Source of the DNA: a virus
Length of the DNA stretch: 64,000 bases
Reading direction: 5' to 3' (one strand)
IMG/VR virus record: IMGVR_UViG_3300045988_161245
Coordinates: 96,001 to 160,000 of that record
The position numbers and the translations under genes were made by a program. The stretch's first letter is position 1; the number at the start of each line of letters is the position of its first letter. Of this stretch, positions 1-9,848 are shown piece by piece. A model generated the notes under the pieces. It did not search any database and was not told the DNA's origin. It worked only from the letters and a program-made list of their open reading frames with translations.

Positions 1-4
1 ATTT

Positions 5-259
5 ATGAGTGATGTATTTTATTGCTACTCTCCTACTCTTAGAAAGGAGCTTATGGAGAATGCACATCAAAGATATATTGCACGATCAGTCAATCCATCT
101 ACCAATAGAGAATTTTGGATGTTCTTATATACAGATGAGTTGATTGATTATCTTAACAAGCGTCCTAAAACGAAACATAAGTATGTTAAGAATAGGAAGA
201 ATCCTAAGTTCGAAAATATTGAGAATACTTCTTGTAAAAATACAGAAGTAAAAAAATAA
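5..259 (+). CDS. DUF5659-like small protein (paralog of intron ORF 14854..15027)
   Basis: Motif FYCYSPTLRKEL..NPSTNREFWMF aligns with LYCCFSVPLRDYL..NPNTDNLMWIF of 14854..15027. The family name is from memory. A hairpin terminator follows. Confidence 0.55.
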   Translation: MSDVFYCYSPTLRKELMENAHQRYIARSVNPSTNREFWMFLYTDELIDYLNKRPKTKHKYVKNRKNPKFENIENTSCKNTEVKK

Positions 260-260
260 A

Positions 261-284
261 AAGAACTTTTAGGGTTCTTTTTTA
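261..284 (+). terminator. intrinsic terminator
   Basis: Stem aagaac/gttctt followed by a T-run, just after the stop at 259. Confidence 0.5.
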
Positions 285-304
285 ATTGAAAGTGAGGTTT
301 ATTT

Positions 305-1497
305 ATGGGTATTACATTAACTAATGAAGAATTTCAAGAAAAGTTTTATAATAAATTTGATAAAAACGAGTATACACTAATTTCTCAATATACTGGTGGA
401 TCTAATTTTATAAGAATTAGACACAAATGCGGATATGAATTTGAGAAAAGCCTAAAAATATAATTACACCAAGAGAACATCTTAATTGTCCAAAATGTTT
501 TGGAAAATTATATACTAAGGTAATTCCTGGAATAAATGATATGGCAACAACAAATCCAGAACTAATACCATTACTAAAAAATCCAGATGATGCTTATAAG
601 TATAAAACTAATACAAATAAGAAAATATATTTTATATGCCCTGTTTGCGGTAATGAACTATATAAAACAGGGAATGAAGTATATATGCATGGATTACAAT
701 GTAAATATTGTAGTGATGGATTTAGTTACGCCGAAAAATTCATGAAATCTATATTAAGCCAACTTGGAATTAACTATATACATCAATATAATCCTGGTTG
801 GGCACGACCATATAGATATGATTTTTATTTTGAATTAGATGATAAAAAATATATTATCGAAATGGATGGTGGAATTGGACATGGGAATTTTACTCGTGAT
901 GGTAAACAAGATGTTGTTGGAAAACAAATTGATGACAAGAAAGATGCACTTGCAAAATCACATAATATAAATGTAGTTCGAGTTGATTGTAATTATATTG
1001 ATATAGAAAATAGGTATGATTATATAAAAGAACATATTTTAATTTCTGAATTATCTCAAGTCTTAGATTTATCAAAAATAAACTTTTCTTTATGCCGTAT
1101 CGTTGCAGAAAAATCAATATTTATTTCAGTTTGTGATTTAGTTAATCAAGGAATGCAAAGTTTTGTAGAAATAGCTGAGAAGCTTGAAATATCAAATACT
1201 ACTGTAAGTAGATATTTAAAAACTGCTTGTGAATCTGAATATCTTGATATAGATTATAACGATCTCAAACAACAATCCCTTGATATTGGATACCAAAAGA
1301 ACAAACAACGAAACGAGAACCGTCCAAACGGATTTAATCGAACACCTGTTAAATGTATTGAAACAGGTGAAATATTTAATTCTATGAATGCAGCGGATAA
1401 AAAATATGGCGGATGTGTAAGTAGTTATTTATCTGGACGAATTAAATATACTGGTCATTTAGATGACGGAACAGTTCTTCATTGGGAACGAATTTAA
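305..1497 (+). pseudogene. Zn-ribbon + PD-(D/E)XK (Vsr/DUF559-like) homing-endonuclease-like gene, frameshifted
   Basis: The ATG-305 frame (..HKCGYEFEK) stops at 461-463. The -1 frame is open from 445 and continues sensibly (..NIITPREHLNCPKC..) into ORF 541..1497. A 1-nt loss in the A-run 454-458 would explain this. The protein has CxxC ribbons followed by a YRYDFYF..IIEMDG..GH nuclease core. Confidence 0.55.
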
Positions 1498-1505
1498 AAT
1501 CATTC

Positions 1506-1535
1506 AGAACCTTCTATAACGAGGGTTCTTTTTTA
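1506..1535 (+). terminator. intrinsic terminator
   Basis: Stem agaacc/ggttct followed by TTTTTT. Confidence 0.6.
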
Positions 1536-1566
1536 TTGCCTAAAAATATTAAAGGAGGAAACCGAA

Positions 1567-2112
1567 ATGGCATCTAATTTCGAAAAATATTTATACGACA
1601 AACATGGCGTATTTCATGCCACATTAATGCACGCAACTGATATTCCAAGTGCATTTTACACAATGGTTAATGAAGATGCAGAGATGGAAAATGGTTCTGT
1701 ATCTGTTCTGAAGCCAGAGAATTACGTAGAGGACGATGTATTTAAAGTAGAGGCACCAAAGATTACAGATAAAATCGTAATCCTTGCTAACGATGTAAAA
1801 ATCTACGAAGAGTACACAAAGAGAATGCAGGAAGAGTCCCAGTATTTTATTGGTCAGGGAGAAAGAATTCGTGCATTTGAAACATTCGAAACAGACAGAT
1901 TTAGCCTTTCTAAAGAAGCTTTCAAGGATGAAACAGAGGTTGAAGTTGGCAAATATGTTGTTGTTGATGGAACTGGTTTCAAATTAACAACTGTTGCTGA
2001 AGACCCAAACAAAACAGCTGTAACACATGGTTTTGTTGGCTATATCTACAAGCAGTGGCCAAACGGTGAATATGCAGTATTCGTTAAGAGAAATGCTGCA
2101 GTTGAAGCCTAA
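1567..2112 (+). CDS. capsid-module protein (scaffold or decoration candidate)
   Basis: Strong RBS aaaggagga. Lies immediately upstream of the putative major capsid gene. Function is assigned by position only. Confidence 0.4.
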   Translation: MASNFEKYLYDKHGVFHATLMHATDIPSAFYTMVNEDAEMENGSVSVLKPENYVEDDVFKVEAPKITDKIVILANDVKIYEEYTKRMQEESQYFIGQGERIRAFETFETDRFSLSKEAFKDETEVEVGKYVVVDGTGFKLTTVAEDPNKTAVTHGFVGYIYKQWPNGEYAVFVKRNAAVEA

Positions 2113-2133
2113 TAGAAAGGAGGAAATATCATA

Positions 2134-3237
2134 ATGAGAAAATTATTATTTGCTGAATATACTGATTTAAATCAGGCAAAATTTAAAGATGCAAAAGATA
2201 TTAGAACTTTTACAAAAATTTGTATTGATACATATAATGGTACACTTCAGAACCAGTCTGTAGCAGATGCCAATACTGTAATTAGAACAAAATTTAGAGA
2301 AATTGCAGGACTTTCCGAGGACGCAACTGATAATCAGATTAAACGTGCATTAGGAAGAACTGCAGTAAGAGAAGCATTATTCGAGATTATTGAGGACACA
2401 ATTGATGATACATTGGTAACAGGTTGGTCAGCAGATCCATTCTTCAGAAAATATGTTGATTTTAAGAATACAACAATCGGAGAGAAAAACAGTTTCTATA
2501 TTAAAGATGATTGCATCCTTACTGTAGCAAAACTTTCTGGTGGACATCATGCAATTGAACGTCAGAGACTTGGTGCTGGACAGACTCGTACAGTTAGTAC
2601 AAGCTACTTTGGATTAGGCGTATACATGAGTCTTCTTAGATTTATGCAAGGCGTTGAAGATTGGAATGAACTGATTAACAAAATTACAGAGGCATTTGAT
2701 CGTTATGTAAATACAATGCTTCATGATGCCGTTATGTCTGCATCTCAGCAGCTCCCAGTTCCTACAAAATGGAATATCAAAGGTGAAGCTAAAGCTGAAA
2801 ATAGAGCAAAACTGAAAAGACTTATCTCTGACGTGCAGCTTGCTACCGGTTCTAAGGCAGTAATTATGGGTACTGAAGTAGCTCTTGGAGAACTTCAGAA
2901 CTTTGGTAATGTACAGTGGATTTCTAATGAAGCAAAATCTGATATTTATAGAATGGGTCGTCTTGGATCATTCGAGGGAACAGAGATTGTAGAGATTCCA
3001 CAGGCATTTGCTTACAATGATGTTGAGCACTATCTGGAAGATGATAAGAAACTTCTGGTTATGCCTAATAATATTGATAAGTTCGTTAAGTTCGTTTATG
3101 AAGGTTCTGATGCAACATTTGAAAGAAACGAAATGGGCGAGACTGGCGATGAGACAAAAGATTACCGTATTAGAACTTGTATGGGTCTTGAGACAATGAC
3201 TAATGTACGTTTTGGTACATGGACTCTTGAGGCGTAA
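2134..3237 (+). CDS. putative major capsid protein
   Basis: 367 aa with RBS aaggagga and a strong terminator after it. Size and position fit an HK97-fold capsid protein. No diagnostic motif was verified. Confidence 0.55.
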   Translation: MRKLLFAEYTDLNQAKFKDAKDIRTFTKICIDTYNGTLQNQSVADANTVIRTKFREIAGLSEDATDNQIKRALGRTAVREALFEIIEDTIDDTLVTGWSADPFFRKYVDFKNTTIGEKNSFYIKDDCILTVAKLSGGHHAIERQRLGAGQTRTVSTSYFGLGVYMSLLRFMQGVEDWNELINKITEAFDRYVNTMLHDAVMSASQQLPVPTKWNIKGEAKAENRAKLKRLISDVQLATGSKAVIMGTEVALGELQNFGNVQWISNEAKSDIYRMGRLGSFEGTEIVEIPQAFAYNDVEHYLEDDKKLLVMPNNIDKFVKFVYEGSDATFERNEMGETGDETKDYRIRTCMGLETMTNVRFGTWTLEA

Positions 3238-3260
3238 TTTCGTCTAATATAAAAATATTT

Positions 3261-3294
3261 AGGAGTGTGGTTGATTACTACACTCCTATTTTTA
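3261..3294 (+). terminator. intrinsic terminator after capsid gene
   Basis: 8-bp stem aggagtgt/acactcct followed by a T-run. Confidence 0.7.
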
Positions 3295-3315
3295 TGAATG
3301 AAAGGAAAAATAACT

Positions 3316-3978
3316 ATGAAAGTTTTTGAGCTTGCAAAAGAAATTGGTGTACCAAGTTCAGATGTTGTAGCGCTATTAAAGGAAAACGAAGTTCCTGTGA
3401 AAAATCATATGACTCCACTTTCTGATGAAGCAATTGAAATGGTAAGAGCCAATTATATTACGGTTCCGGACGAACCTGAAAAAGTAGAGGTAAAAGAACC
3501 TAAAAAAGTAGTAAAAACAGACGCAGATTACAGACCAGAGGAAATGATTCCATGTAGGTCACTTTTTGCCGGCGTACTCTTGTTTACAGGTGATCATACA
3601 CACATGACATATGCGTTTAATGGTGCTGGTGACAGACGAAATATTGAATATCAGGATTTAAAAGCTGCAATGCTTCAACATAAAGGCTCTATATTTGATC
3701 CAGATATTATTATCGAGGATGAAAATCTTATCAATGACGAGCACTGGTTTGAAGTAAAGGAAGTTTATGAAAATATGTTTAACGAAAAAGATATTGAGAA
3801 AGTAATGAACCTTCCATATCGTGATTTTGAAAAAGCATTTATTCAGCTTCCAATTACAGCAAAAAACAGAATTATTACTACTTACGCTACACAGATGGAA
3901 AACGGTACATTTGAACAGTGGAACAAAGCGAAAATCATTGACAAGGTTTGTGGTACTCGTTTTGATCTGAAAATGTAA
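3316..3978 (+). CDS. protein with IF2_N-like N-terminal domain
   Basis: MKVFELAKEIGVPSSDVVALLKENEVPVKNHM closely resembles the N-terminal domain of bacterial IF-2 (recognised from memory). An alternative start exists at 3298. Confidence 0.5.
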   Translation: MKVFELAKEIGVPSSDVVALLKENEVPVKNHMTPLSDEAIEMVRANYITVPDEPEKVEVKEPKKVVKTDADYRPEEMIPCRSLFAGVLLFTGDHTHMTYAFNGAGDRRNIEYQDLKAAMLQHKGSIFDPDIIIEDENLINDEHWFEVKEVYENMFNEKDIEKVMNLPYRDFEKAFIQLPITAKNRIITTYATQMENGTFEQWNKAKIIDKVCGTRFDLKM

Positions 3979-4000
3979 TTAATAAGATCGGAGGTACTAT

Positions 4001-4456
4001 ATGACCTACGATGAAATATTTAACAGATTTTATAATCTAATGGATGATCCAAACTTTTATAAATTACCACAGGATTTTGCGTATGATCGTATGCGTTCAT
4101 GGTTACATGACGCTGCATCAAAGCCATATATTAGGAAGAAATTTTCTCAGCTAAAATTAGATGATAGATTGTTGGAGTTAACTTACTCTCTTAATAATCC
4201 ATCAGATCAGGAGTCAGATGATGATTTTGTTATAAATATCTTCGCTCAATATATGGTGATTGGTTGGTTAAAACCACAGGTTGATAATGCGATTAATACA
4301 GCAAGGATTATTGGTAGTAAGGAAGAAAAGAACATCCAATCTAACTATAAGACGAATATAGAACGACTCGAATCTTTAGAGCGTAATCTTCGAAAATTTA
4401 TCCGTGATGATGGATATATAAATAACAGTTATATCTCCGGAGGTGAAACGTCATGA
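4001..4456 (+). CDS. head-tail connector/adaptor candidate
   Basis: RBS ggaggt. Assigned from its position after the capsid genes. Its stop overlaps the next start. Confidence 0.35.
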   Translation: MTYDEIFNRFYNLMDDPNFYKLPQDFAYDRMRSWLHDAASKPYIRKKFSQLKLDDRLLELTYSLNNPSDQESDDDFVINIFAQYMVIGWLKPQVDNAINTARIIGSKEEKNIQSNYKTNIERLESLERNLRKFIRDDGYINNSYISGGETS

Positions 4457-4785
4457 CGAAACACCGTTACGGAAAATTCAGTGATATGCAAATGTCGGAA
4501 ATTAAGAAGACATTACGAGGTTCTATTTTTTTCTTATTACAATGTGCAGATCCTAATACTTCAAGTAAATACCCAGGTAAAGACGTAAATGAAATATTTC
4601 AGAATATTCAGTATGATTTAGATGGATTGAACAGCTTACTCTTCTACCCTGTCGAGTTAGTTCCTGTGATTGAATTATTGGAAGCTGCCAGAGTTACATA
4701 CAATAAGCCGGATTCTAAATTTGAGGATTATAGAAAACTCATTTTGGATGCCGGTGTTGCAGTGCTTAAAATAAAGGAGGATTGA
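4453..4785 (+). CDS. head-tail joining candidate
   Basis: ATGA start/stop overlap with the upstream gene. Assigned by position only. Confidence 0.3.
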   Translation: MTKHRYGKFSDMQMSEIKKTLRGSIFFLLQCADPNTSSKYPGKDVNEIFQNIQYDLDGLNSLLFYPVELVPVIELLEAARVTYNKPDSKFEDYRKLILDAGVAVLKIKED

Positions 4786-4787
4786 TT

Positions 4788-6750
4788 ATGCCTACCTTTA
4801 GAGAAATGCAACAATTATACGCGAATATTGGAACAGTTGGTCAGCAGATTAAAAAACAATCTGATGATGCTATGGAAGCAACATGGGATAATTCTATCGC
4901 ATCAAGGGTTTGTTATATCTATGATTATTATCATGATGACTCTCCTACTTTGAATAGAAATATTACCTATGGACCACATACAACCAAAACTCGCATTGAT
5001 GCAAAATTTATTGTCAAATCTTATAGCTCACTGGATAAAGACCAGGTTGAGTATTATCTACAATTTAAACCAAGTCAGAAGACACAATTCGAACCAACTG
5101 ATGAACTCTATTATTTTGAAACAGATTACAGACGAAAATACGGATCAGACGATTTTGTAGGATTATATATTGATATAGCCGATGATCAAGGTATTTATCA
5201 TAGATGGCTTATCTGTACAAAAGAAATAGGCAATCAGTTTGTTAAATATAATATTCTTCCATGTGATTATTGGTTTCATTTTATTGTAAAGAAAAACGGT
5301 AAACGGTATAAACGGAAAATTTGGGGAGTAACGAGGACACAATCCTCGTACAACAGCGGATCTGTTACATGGTCCTTCCCATTAGAAATAAGGGGAAATC
5401 ATCCTTTGAATTGCTGGAAATTCCTAAAGACAATTAAACTACAACGCAAGTATGAAATATAACTAACCGTGAATGTGGCGAAAGCAGAAAAAATTAATTG
5501 TATGAGAACGAGGTTAAAACCCCTGTTCTCTTTTTTAATGGAAAATCAGCAGCGAAGCCTCGAATAGAGGAACGTTCAACGACTAAGCTACCTAAGTAGG
5601 TACTGTGGAGGACATCCGAAAGGATGAAGATATAGTCTGAACTTCTTTCGAAAGAAAGAGAAAACCGAAAGGTCTTATTTGAATTAACGAATCAAATAAG
5701 TAACGCATTTGTATGGACTGATAAGTAATTGTCCACTGCATTTGGAAACTATGCAGTGAATTTCTTCTAATTGCTGGAAACTCTTTAGAAATTTGTAAAC
5801 TACAACGCAAGCATGAAAAATGGCTAATCGTGAATGTTAAAAATTACAAATATTAGATAATCAGCAGCCAAGACTCGAATAGAGTAAGGTTCATCGACTA
5901 TTATGTAGGACAAGTGTCCGAAATGGAGAACACCTAAACCACAAGGCATGGTGAAGATATAGTCAGCACTTCATATGAGAATATGAGAAAAGCATTCGTG
6001 CTCTTTTGCAGCTTAACGAACTGTAAAAGTAACATAAGGTATTACTCTACTTCCACTGAGAACCAGTTTAAGGCAATCGTTCCGTTGAATCCAATTACTG
6101 AAGACATTTACTATGTAGAAGAAGACAATAAAAATATGCGTATAATTATTTCTGCACCTGTAGAAAAACCAAATGTATTCCAGGTAAGTAAAGTTGAAAC
6201 AGCTCCACTATTTGGACTGAAGAGACTTACTTTTGCACAGGATAAATTTGATCCTTATACAGATGGTAGAGATGATGTTGAAATTGCCAAAGGCGACATT
6301 TTTGCTATGTATGCAGATTTGTTTGATAATGAAGTACCTACTGATACTCCATTCCATACAGATACTGAGATAAAAATGGATACTATTCATTGTGATTTAT
6401 CATGCAATGCTAATAAGATTAAGATTGGCGGTAGTTATAAGTTAATTACTGCAAAATTCTTTAATATACAGGGAAGTGAAATTACAGATGAATTTATTCC
6501 ATATTTAGCAAAAAGCAGCTGGTCATGTTATGTAAAAAATAACAGACATGAAGATCCAGATGAAATCGAAGTCACGGATAATACTGATTTAATCACCTGG
6601 TTAGAGCAAAAAGAAAGCAACAAAATTAAAATTAAAATAGCAGACAATAAAGAGTATTTAACGAAAATTCTTGTAATTAAATGCTCTATAAATAAAGATG
6701 GAAGAAATATTGTTGGAGAGATTCAACTTCAAATTTCATCCGTATTATAA
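4788..6750 (+). CDS. virion structural gene split by two tandem group I introns (exons 4788..5361, 5706..5719, 6040..6750)
   Basis: RBS aaggagg lies before ATG 4788. Joining the three exons keeps one frame (..YNSG S FVWT YYSTSTENQ..) and gives 434 aa. ORF 5983..6750 has no credible RBS of its own. Confidence 0.5.
5362..5705 (+). ncRNA. group I intron A (ORF-less)
   Basis: R-like GUUCAACGACUAAG at 5574-5587 and S-like AAGAUAUAGUC at 5627-5637, with GACUA/UAGUC forming P7. P1 pairs GGAU.C with GGUCC and has a U.G wobble at U5361. P10 is 3 bp in register. GAAA-capped hairpins follow, and the last nucleotide is G5705. Confidence 0.65.
5720..6039 (+). ncRNA. group I intron B (ORF-less, paralog of intron A)
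   Basis: Shares blocks with intron A (aattgctggaaa, aaactacaacgcaag, cgtgaatgt). R-like GUUCAUCGACUA at 5889-5900 and S AAGAUAUAGUC at 5954-5964. GAGA- and UUCG-capped hairpins are present. The 5' junction has C:G in place of the U.G wobble. Confidence 0.55.
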
Positions 6751-6763
6751 AGGAGGCTCATAA

Positions 6764-7384
6764 ATGGATAAACTTCAAACAAAGCAGGAACTTCTTGCAA
6801 AGCTTACAGCATTAACGAGCGTTCCTGATGATAATAATATTTATCTAAAAGAAAAGGTTAAAAAAGCCTTACTAAAATCTCCAGAACTCTTGTATGCATT
6901 TCATAATTTAGACTTAGAAGATACTGAACTTTTTAATCCAGACGGAACTATTAACTACACAGGTGATTGGTCTATGTATTATGGAGAAGAGGGGAATATC
7001 CACCCTCACTTTTATTTACCTAATACACAAGATAAAGTTCGGCACCATCTTTGTTTTAAAACTGAATTCACAGACATTCCAAAGTACAACCAAATCATGT
7101 GTTATATGAATGTTACTTTTTTAGTAATGGTAGATGTACGTGATGCAATTGATCCACTTACAGGAATTACACGGCATGATCTTATTGGCTCAATTCTTCG
7201 TGAAAGATTTAATTGGTCTAATATTTTTGGTGCACATTGCTATATTGTAAGTGATAAGGAATCTTTTACAGATTCAAATTATATTATTCGCACTATTGTT
7301 CTTGAGCAGGAAACCACAAATAATATCACCGGTATTCGAAATGGAAAGCGACAGGTTATTAATAAACAGCCATGGACAAGTTAG
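6764..7384 (+). CDS. hypothetical virion protein
   Basis: RBS aaggagg. Lies in the structural operon. Confidence 0.4.
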   Translation: MDKLQTKQELLAKLTALTSVPDDNNIYLKEKVKKALLKSPELLYAFHNLDLEDTELFNPDGTINYTGDWSMYYGEEGNIHPHFYLPNTQDKVRHHLCFKTEFTDIPKYNQIMCYMNVTFLVMVDVRDAIDPLTGITRHDLIGSILRERFNWSNIFGAHCYIVSDKESFTDSNYIIRTIVLEQETTNNITGIRNGKRQVINKQPWTS

Positions 7385-8139
7385 AGTTTGATGAATCAAT
7401 CTTTAAATATGATGAGTGCAAACTTCTATTTAGAGAACCATATAGACTGAACAGTTATATAACGATTTCGCAACCGACTATGCAGGATATTATTAATTTT
7501 GGTGAACAGGAATATTATCAGATGATTGGACTGCTATGTGGTACACCATCTGATTTTAAAGTAATGCTTTGGGATAATGGGCAAGATTGGAATAAGATTA
7601 GTGAATTTGATTTTTTCTGTGTTTTTGCTACAAGCTTAACGCCAGACAAAACAGGAATTTTATTTGGAGATTTAGATTTTAGTAAATTCCGCTTGGCTAC
7701 GAAAAATGAGACAGGCGAAACAGTTCTTTATAATGAAGAACTTGATTTTGCAATTGATTCCTTTATTTATCATCACATAGTTTCTTATATAAGGCGTATT
7801 AATGGCATGACTTATACAGGAACTAAGATTATAAAAGGAGCAACTGCAAAGAAATTGGTCATTGAAAGAGACCGAAATAGAATGAAAGCTCAGGCAAATA
7901 AGCCGTATGAATCACAATTAGTTAATTTGATTTCTGCTATGCTTGTTTATCCTGGTTTCAAATATAGTAAAGATCAGTTAAAAGAATGCGGAATATATGA
8001 ATTCATGGATGCTGTTAAGCGTTCACAGATATACACTTCTACTATTGCTCTTACACAAGGAGCTTACAGTGGATTTATGGATACAAAAAATATTAAGCAG
8101 GAATCATTTAACTGGTTACGTAGTACAGACCAAACTTAG
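7372..8139 (+). CDS. hypothetical virion protein
   Basis: Overlaps the upstream gene by 13 nt. Lies in the structural operon. Confidence 0.4.
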   Translation: MDKLEFDESIFKYDECKLLFREPYRLNSYITISQPTMQDIINFGEQEYYQMIGLLCGTPSDFKVMLWDNGQDWNKISEFDFFCVFATSLTPDKTGILFGDLDFSKFRLATKNETGETVLYNEELDFAIDSFIYHHIVSYIRRINGMTYTGTKIIKGATAKKLVIERDRNRMKAQANKPYESQLVNLISAMLVYPGFKYSKDQLKECGIYEFMDAVKRSQIYTSTIALTQGAYSGFMDTKNIKQESFNWLRSTDQT

Positions 8140-8180
8140 GTCTGTTTTTTTATGCAAAAATTTAAAAGGAGGATACACAC

Positions 8181-8993
8181 ATGTTTAATCTTGATGGTGT
8201 AATTTGGGACTCAGCCCTTCATGCTGTCGCTGATAATAAAGACACTGGAGAAGTTTATTACAGACTTCCGGATATCAGTGATGTTTCTATCGACATTTCT
8301 GCAGACACCAAAGATTCTGTTGATAAGGATGGTGCTCTTATTAAGAGATCTTATACTGCTAAAGCTGCAACCGTTACTCTGACAAATACTCACCTTGTAC
8401 TTGGTGCTTATGCAGGTACAACTGGATCTAAAAAGATCATGGTTGATACTGTAGGTGAAATGGAAGCTCCAAAAATGCTTCTTGTGGACCCAAGTAAGGC
8501 AGATTTTGATCTTCCAGATGAGCCTGTTACTGGTACTGTTAGTGTAACACCAATTTATAAAGATGGTGGTACCGGTAAATCCTTTACTCTGTCTGATGGT
8601 GAGGCTGACGAGAATACAAAATTCCAGTTGGCAGCAAAGAAGATTACTTTCCCAACTAAAGTAAAGGACAATGCAGAAATCGTACAGCTGCTTATTAAAT
8701 ATGAGTACAAGTGTAAAGACACTGTTATTATTGAGAATCATGCAAATAAATTTCCTAAAACAGTTCGCCTTACAATCGTTGGATTATATTGTTACCCATG
8801 TGAAAAAGACGTTCTGCTTCTTGGTTACATTGTATTCCCAAGCTTCCAGCCAAGTCCAGAGACCACAATTGCTATGAAGAATGATTCTACATTCGATTAC
8901 AAGGGTGATGCTCAGTCTGACTACTGTGCAAGAAAGAAACGTCTGTTCTATATGGTATTCCCAAAAGATGATGTACAGGCAGACGAAGACTGA
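8181..8993 (+). CDS. putative major tail protein
   Basis: RBS aaaggagga. 270 aa and beta-rich. Assigned by its position upstream of the chaperone and TMP genes only. Confidence 0.35.
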   Translation: MFNLDGVIWDSALHAVADNKDTGEVYYRLPDISDVSIDISADTKDSVDKDGALIKRSYTAKAATVTLTNTHLVLGAYAGTTGSKKIMVDTVGEMEAPKMLLVDPSKADFDLPDEPVTGTVSVTPIYKDGGTGKSFTLSDGEADENTKFQLAAKKITFPTKVKDNAEIVQLLIKYEYKCKDTVIIENHANKFPKTVRLTIVGLYCYPCEKDVLLLGYIVFPSFQPSPETTIAMKNDSTFDYKGDAQSDYCARKKRLFYMVFPKDDVQADED

Positions 8994-9053
8994 TATTTTC
9001 TTAATCCCATGGGCTAATATGTCCATGGGATTTATTGAAGGAAAGGAGATACC

Positions 9054-9506
9054 ATGTCTAAGAAAAGAAAATGTTTAATGTGTGAGACTGAGTATGAATA
9101 CTGTCCGTACTGTTGGGAATATGAACGTCAACCAAGATGGAGAACTCTCTTTGATAGAGCTGAGTGCCAGGATGTTTACTACATTATTAGTGATTGGCTT
9201 GGTAAACGACTTACTCAAAAAGAAGCTAGAGAAAAACTTCTTGCAGTGAATATTAAAAATATTCCGTTCAATTCATCTGTACAGGGAAATATTGATAAAA
9301 TCATGCAGATCTCTGATGAAGAATTAAAAGCAGTTCATGACGAAATTGATGATTCTGATGAGGTAATGGATGGAATCAAAAATATCGAACCAGTTCTTAA
9401 AAATGATAAAGTTTTTGAGAAAGCTGATGAGAAAAAGAAACAGACAGTAAAGATTAAACCGGTTTCTACAGTAAAACCAGTAGTTAATAAAACTACTAAT
9501 AAATAA
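9054..9506 (+). CDS. Zn-ribbon protein with acidic/lysine-rich tail
   Basis: CLMC..CPYC motif at the N-terminus. RBS aaaggaga. Confidence 0.45.
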   Translation: MSKKRKCLMCETEYEYCPYCWEYERQPRWRTLFDRAECQDVYYIISDWLGKRLTQKEAREKLLAVNIKNIPFNSSVQGNIDKIMQISDEELKAVHDEIDDSDEVMDGIKNIEPVLKNDKVFEKADEKKKQTVKIKPVSTVKPVVNKTTNK

Positions 9507-9524
9507 TTTTGAAGAGTGATTAAG

Positions 9525-9589
9525 GAGGTAAGAAAAATATGACCTATTCGCATTGTTCGCGTTTTAAAATCATTCTTACCTCATTTTTT
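9525..9589 (+). terminator. long-loop hairpin terminator that sequesters an RBS
   Basis: 10-bp stem gaggtaagaa/ttcttacctc followed by a T-run. The left arm is part of the SD taaggaggt of a 21-codon ORF (9539..9604). Confidence 0.4.
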
Positions 9590-9616
9590 CGCCTTTCTAT
9601 ATGATCAAAAGGATAA

Positions 9617-9838
9617 ATGCTTATGCGTGAATATAACGAAGTAATGAATAAATACTATGATCCTGAAAAATGTGTATTCTTTGAAAATGCTCTTCAGAGT
9701 AATGCTTATATTTTTCGCGGTAATGCAGAACTACAGGCAGTCTTAGATTCAAAAAGAAATCCAGGACGCTTTGTATTCGCATTCCTTATCAGTGATCATA
9801 AGAGACTTAGAGAAAAATGGAAAAATCACGAATTATAG
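9617..9838 (+). CDS. small protein, possible third DUF5659-like paralog
   Basis: ..AYIFRGNAELQAVLDSKRNPGRFVFAF.. loosely follows the pattern of 5..259 and 14854..15027. Confidence 0.4.
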   Translation: MLMREYNEVMNKYYDPEKCVFFENALQSNAYIFRGNAELQAVLDSKRNPGRFVFAFLISDHKRLREKWKNHEL

Positions 9839-9848
9839 GTGATACATT

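Noticed and set aside
8211-8741. 176-aa minus-strand ORF inside the putative major tail gene. Many similar antisense or alternate-frame ORFs exist, e.g. 890..1117, 11842..12246, 23272..23640, 33731..34105, 40792..41046, 48246..48509, 55143..55544 and 59194..59622.
   Set aside because: They are fully embedded in longer, better-supported genes. They have no RBS and low-complexity, hydrophobic composition typical of antisense frames in AT-rich DNA.
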